From: Catajapyx aquilonaris
Taxonomy: Eukaryota
Direction: 5' to 3'
DNA length: 49,199 bases
Assembly (NCBI GenBank): GCA_000934665.2
Contig: JYFJ02002897.1
Span: 1 to 49,199, forward strand
The notes beneath the pieces were generated by a model. The model was not told where the DNA came from and made no database searches. It saw only the letters and a program-made list of their open reading frames with translations. Position numbers and translations under genes: made by a program. Shown here in pieces: positions 45,434 to 49,199 of this stretch; position 1 is the first letter of the stretch, and each line of letters opens with the position of its first letter.

Positions 45434-48400
45434 TGATGATGACCCTTATAAAACCTGGGATTCCTTCCAGCGACCTTCGCGAAAAATTGTCTACAGAGTG
45501 ACCAAATGTTATGCCATCCAGATTGCTAGCAAATATTTGCATCGTTGTGGTACAAAGTTATTATATTATCACCTGCTTTGTAGGGTGACACTTGTGCATT
45601 GGGAGTCACAATGTTCCGTACAAATGATAACCACTTTTTAAAATCAAAATATTAAATACAGGTACATATAAATGTTATGCTGTATAATTATATAAATGTT
45701 GCAATGGATTTTGTGACACTCAGTGTACTGAATATCTACGATTGACAATATTAATGTGACTAGAACAGAAATGACTGACTGATAATATGACGGGTGTCAA
45801 CATTTTTGACAGAGTATACCTTGGACTTTCCTGTAACTATTTGTGGACTATTAAAATTAGACACCCAGTATTTTTTTACGCTCTGACAGTACTGATGTGT
45901 TGACAGTTATACCTACTACCTGATGGACAGACTGGACTGCAGCAGTAGTAGAATTGGACAAATATTTCTGTGTTTTTGTTGTATTTATTGTTGCAGCTTT
46001 TTTTTCGCCGTGTGAAATAAACATGAATGTTGTATGTGTAATGCGACTATACTTTTTGTAAGGGTTTCCAGCAGTTTAAAAAGCAACAATATTTAATAGT
46101 AACCTAAAGTGACAAAATGAATATTTAGACTTAGAATTATGATAATACTTGCAACGATTTGCAGTTACAGAGCCAGACACGTTATAAAATGGAACACATG
46201 CTCAAACATACATTGTGAATGCATATATACGTCAATTATCCCTTACGAATAACAAAGCGTGGAATTTTGCCACAGGTAGGGTTTAAAAGTACCAAATAAA
46301 TTACGCAAATTATGAGATCTGACTTCAGGTTCTGGGCCATTAGATCCGCTGTTTAAGTCGTAAGTATAGCACAATATTGTGTATGATAAGGCAGATGTAA
46401 AAAAATTCACAAAATGCGGCTAACTAAGAGTACATTAGTCCCAATAAGATAGTCACACCTACTATACAAAATGAATGAAGAGTAGCTTTCTACAAGACGA
46501 CATTGTTCACAGCTTTCATTTTTTGCCATCGCTTCTATTTTTCAAGCTTATCACTCTGTTAAATAGCAAAATGCGACCCTGAAAACAGTAATCGAGCAGT
46601 GTGGAGGCAAAATGAGACATTTCACTTGGATTCCAGGATTGCAAGATAAGCCTGCGAGCGAAAGGCAGAAGTTTTCTCTAAGTGTACCGCTATCGCATCA
46701 TCATCAGGTGAGGACGAAGCGTGTATCCAGCAATCAGAGGCAACTCACCCAAATGCTCCGACACCATGACAACAACGGGCTTATTGCCTGCCTTTCGTGC
46801 CAGATACTCCAACATGGTGACAAAAAGGCTCTGTCGAAATGTAAGGGTCCATAAGGGTCAAGTGTAATAAATATTTCTACCGGAAAATTGATTTTACCCT
46901 CAGAAAGTACCCGTAGAGAAAAATATATTTCACAACGATACCTAACTCAGTATACGTAAATCAAAATGTGATCGATTATGCATTTCAGGTGTTCACATTG
47001 AGACCGCTCGCTGTGTCAAATCAGTCCAGAATTATGACAGCAACATAAAGGTATGTTGAACAACACAAGGAATCAATACTTCGAAATATCAAACAGATAC
47101 GATCTGAAAGATGTGTGCTGTACTACTCAATTTTTTTTACCACAACACGATAAGAGTAAACTGTTTGTGTTAAAAGATCTTTCGCTTACAACAATAGGAA
47201 CACTGATATAGTCAATTTTTACGGAAAAATTATAAATACGTGACAGTTAAAGGACAGCTGTTATTATTAACCGATGAAATCTGCATTTATTGTAAAGCAA
47301 ATGACAGTTCTGATTTTTTCCATACGGTGTAACTATTACCAACATTTCAATTTCCTATAGAATGATAAGATAGTATACGTTCGTAACTTCTGAAAAGTGT
47401 TTAGTTACCTTACCATGGATAAACCACTTTATATATTGTCTTAGGGTACGAATACAACCGGCCCTCAAGGTATATGTTAATATTTTTTAAATATAGCAGG
47501 GTCCGTCATTTAAATTGTCATTTAATTTACCGATACAGGTTAAATTCACGTAACTCTACAGACCCCTAACACGTTTCCTCCAAAGGATTTACAGAGACAA
47601 CTGGAGACCAATACATGTAAACAAACAAACAAACAAATAAATAAATAATAAAATTGGTATTGATTGACTTTTTTCTTGTTGTCGCATAATTATGCAGTAG
47701 CCTATATATTCGAGACGAGAGATACTTTATAGTGCAATGGCAATAAAAATGGCAATATTCTTCTCATTGGTGTGAGGCCATTTTTAAAAATTATTCTTAC
47801 CGTGTCCCTCATTACCTTCTTCCTTATCTAAATACGCGTACAAACGCACTTTTTTCTCTGACAATAAGCTGTATGTGGTCAATATTTTTTCTAAAGGGAC
47901 AGCTCGAGTACTGTAACGAAAGTTGTTATTTTCTGACTACGTACCTGTAATTTATTTCCTGCATTCTCTGACTGAAAATGTTCTGTAATGTCTCGACATT
48001 TCGTTATAAACTTTACAAGATGATAATTTTTCTATTATTACCATTGCCACTGATAAGAAACACTTTAGATACATTAACCTTTACTTCCTTGTTATACACA
48101 AATGCGATAGGCACCTTTCCCCAGACCTTCATAATAACTATGGATATAAATAAACACCATCTGCATAATTTTACATGCTTCTAAGTGTTAATTAAGGTTA
48201 TCATTAAATTTGTATCAAATTACTGGTTCACAACATGGGGCATCAACGGAAAGAGCCCCATATTCCATTTGACATCAATGTAGTGCAACTCATGTAACAA
48301 TAGCCTGTAGTTGTTCTATTCAAAATTTCAAATACTTATTTGCCAAGTTGATTAGGCTACATGACTCGCAAATGTCAGTAATGGCCCGATATAATATCAT

Positions 48401-49199
48401 GCCACTGCTTTATTTTAAGTAAGGCAATATAAGTTTGTGTTTAATTTTTTCTTCAAAAGCATCATTTATATGAATTGATGCACTATTTGTATCGGGGAAA
48501 GTTACTGCAAGTGAACCCAACCTTATAATAAATCGTCATGAACTAACTATAGGTAATGCGGGCTTGCCGATAACGAAGTTCAAGTTTAATTGCAGAGCAG
48601 CTCGGCCTTCTTTGGAGTGGAGTTACGTGCTACTATCTAATTTTACAGCCACTAAAGCGGGTGTGTAGTGTTGCGGCATGGTGATTTTTACTGCACCTGA
48701 TCTTAATCCTGTAACCCAGATTACAACCAGGACCTAATAAAACTCCCAACTGTGGTGCCGCAATAAACTGGATCTCGGAATGGAATAACACCCCCCATTA
48801 TATACGCTCGTATAATTTATATACAGTACTCCTCTTGTTTACTAGGCAGAGAACAAGTACACACTTCGGACTTACTTCATCATATGGAGTGTTTTTGTTA
48901 ACAAAGATACAAAGTGGGCCAAAATATATATTTTTAAATGTTTCACGACTATATTCGAACCATGTAGCAGAATTTTACTGCTGAATTACTTAACTTAGCA
49001 ATTGTAATTCTTCCGCTATAATTTAATACCATTATTTTGTAAGGTGTTAGCTACCTGTAGCATAAACAAACAAACAAAAAAGTAAATAAATAATGTGACA
49101 ATTAATTGAAACACAGTGGGCGTCTGCACAGAAAAGTAATGCTATTAACAATCGCGTATAGTAGGAGCATTGCAAATATGACGTCCTCTGCTGTATGTA

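Noticed and set aside
47100..49199. AT-rich terminal region and ORF 47978-48184
   Set aside because: No coding bias, motifs or clear repeat termini; only short aaac/aaat microsatellites.

Overview
Gene-dense eukaryotic DNA with short spliceosomal introns, most likely from an arthropod (MADF-BESS, ZAD-like zinc fingers, diptericin-like peptides and an arthropod-type CUB protein; the species cannot be determined). From left to right: ACADM (minus strand; last exon lies outside the window, behind an intron with nested mariner, foldback and piggyBac-like DNA); a Sola2-like transposase relic; C9orf78/TLS1 (-) head-to-head with FPGS paralog 1 (+); FPGS paralog 2 (-, with a mitochondrial-type leader) tail-to-tail with paralog 1; a ZAD-like/C2H2 locus (-) in which two common 5' exons are splice-compatible with four paralogous terminal zinc-finger cassettes; a MADF-BESS gene (+); a Brinker/CENP-B-HTH + ZAD-like + C2H2 fusion gene (-); an uncharacterised four-exon gene (+); an immune-type cluster of three 3-exon diptericin/attacin-like genes with kappaB-like promoter motifs, plus a secreted GPPFGHPHxNRT-repeat protein; and a secreted CUB-domain gene with a duplicated last exon. 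Several TA-flanked MITEs lie in introns and spacers. Exon models were assembled by hand from splice signals and reading-frame phase. Family names come from remembered motifs, not database searches.
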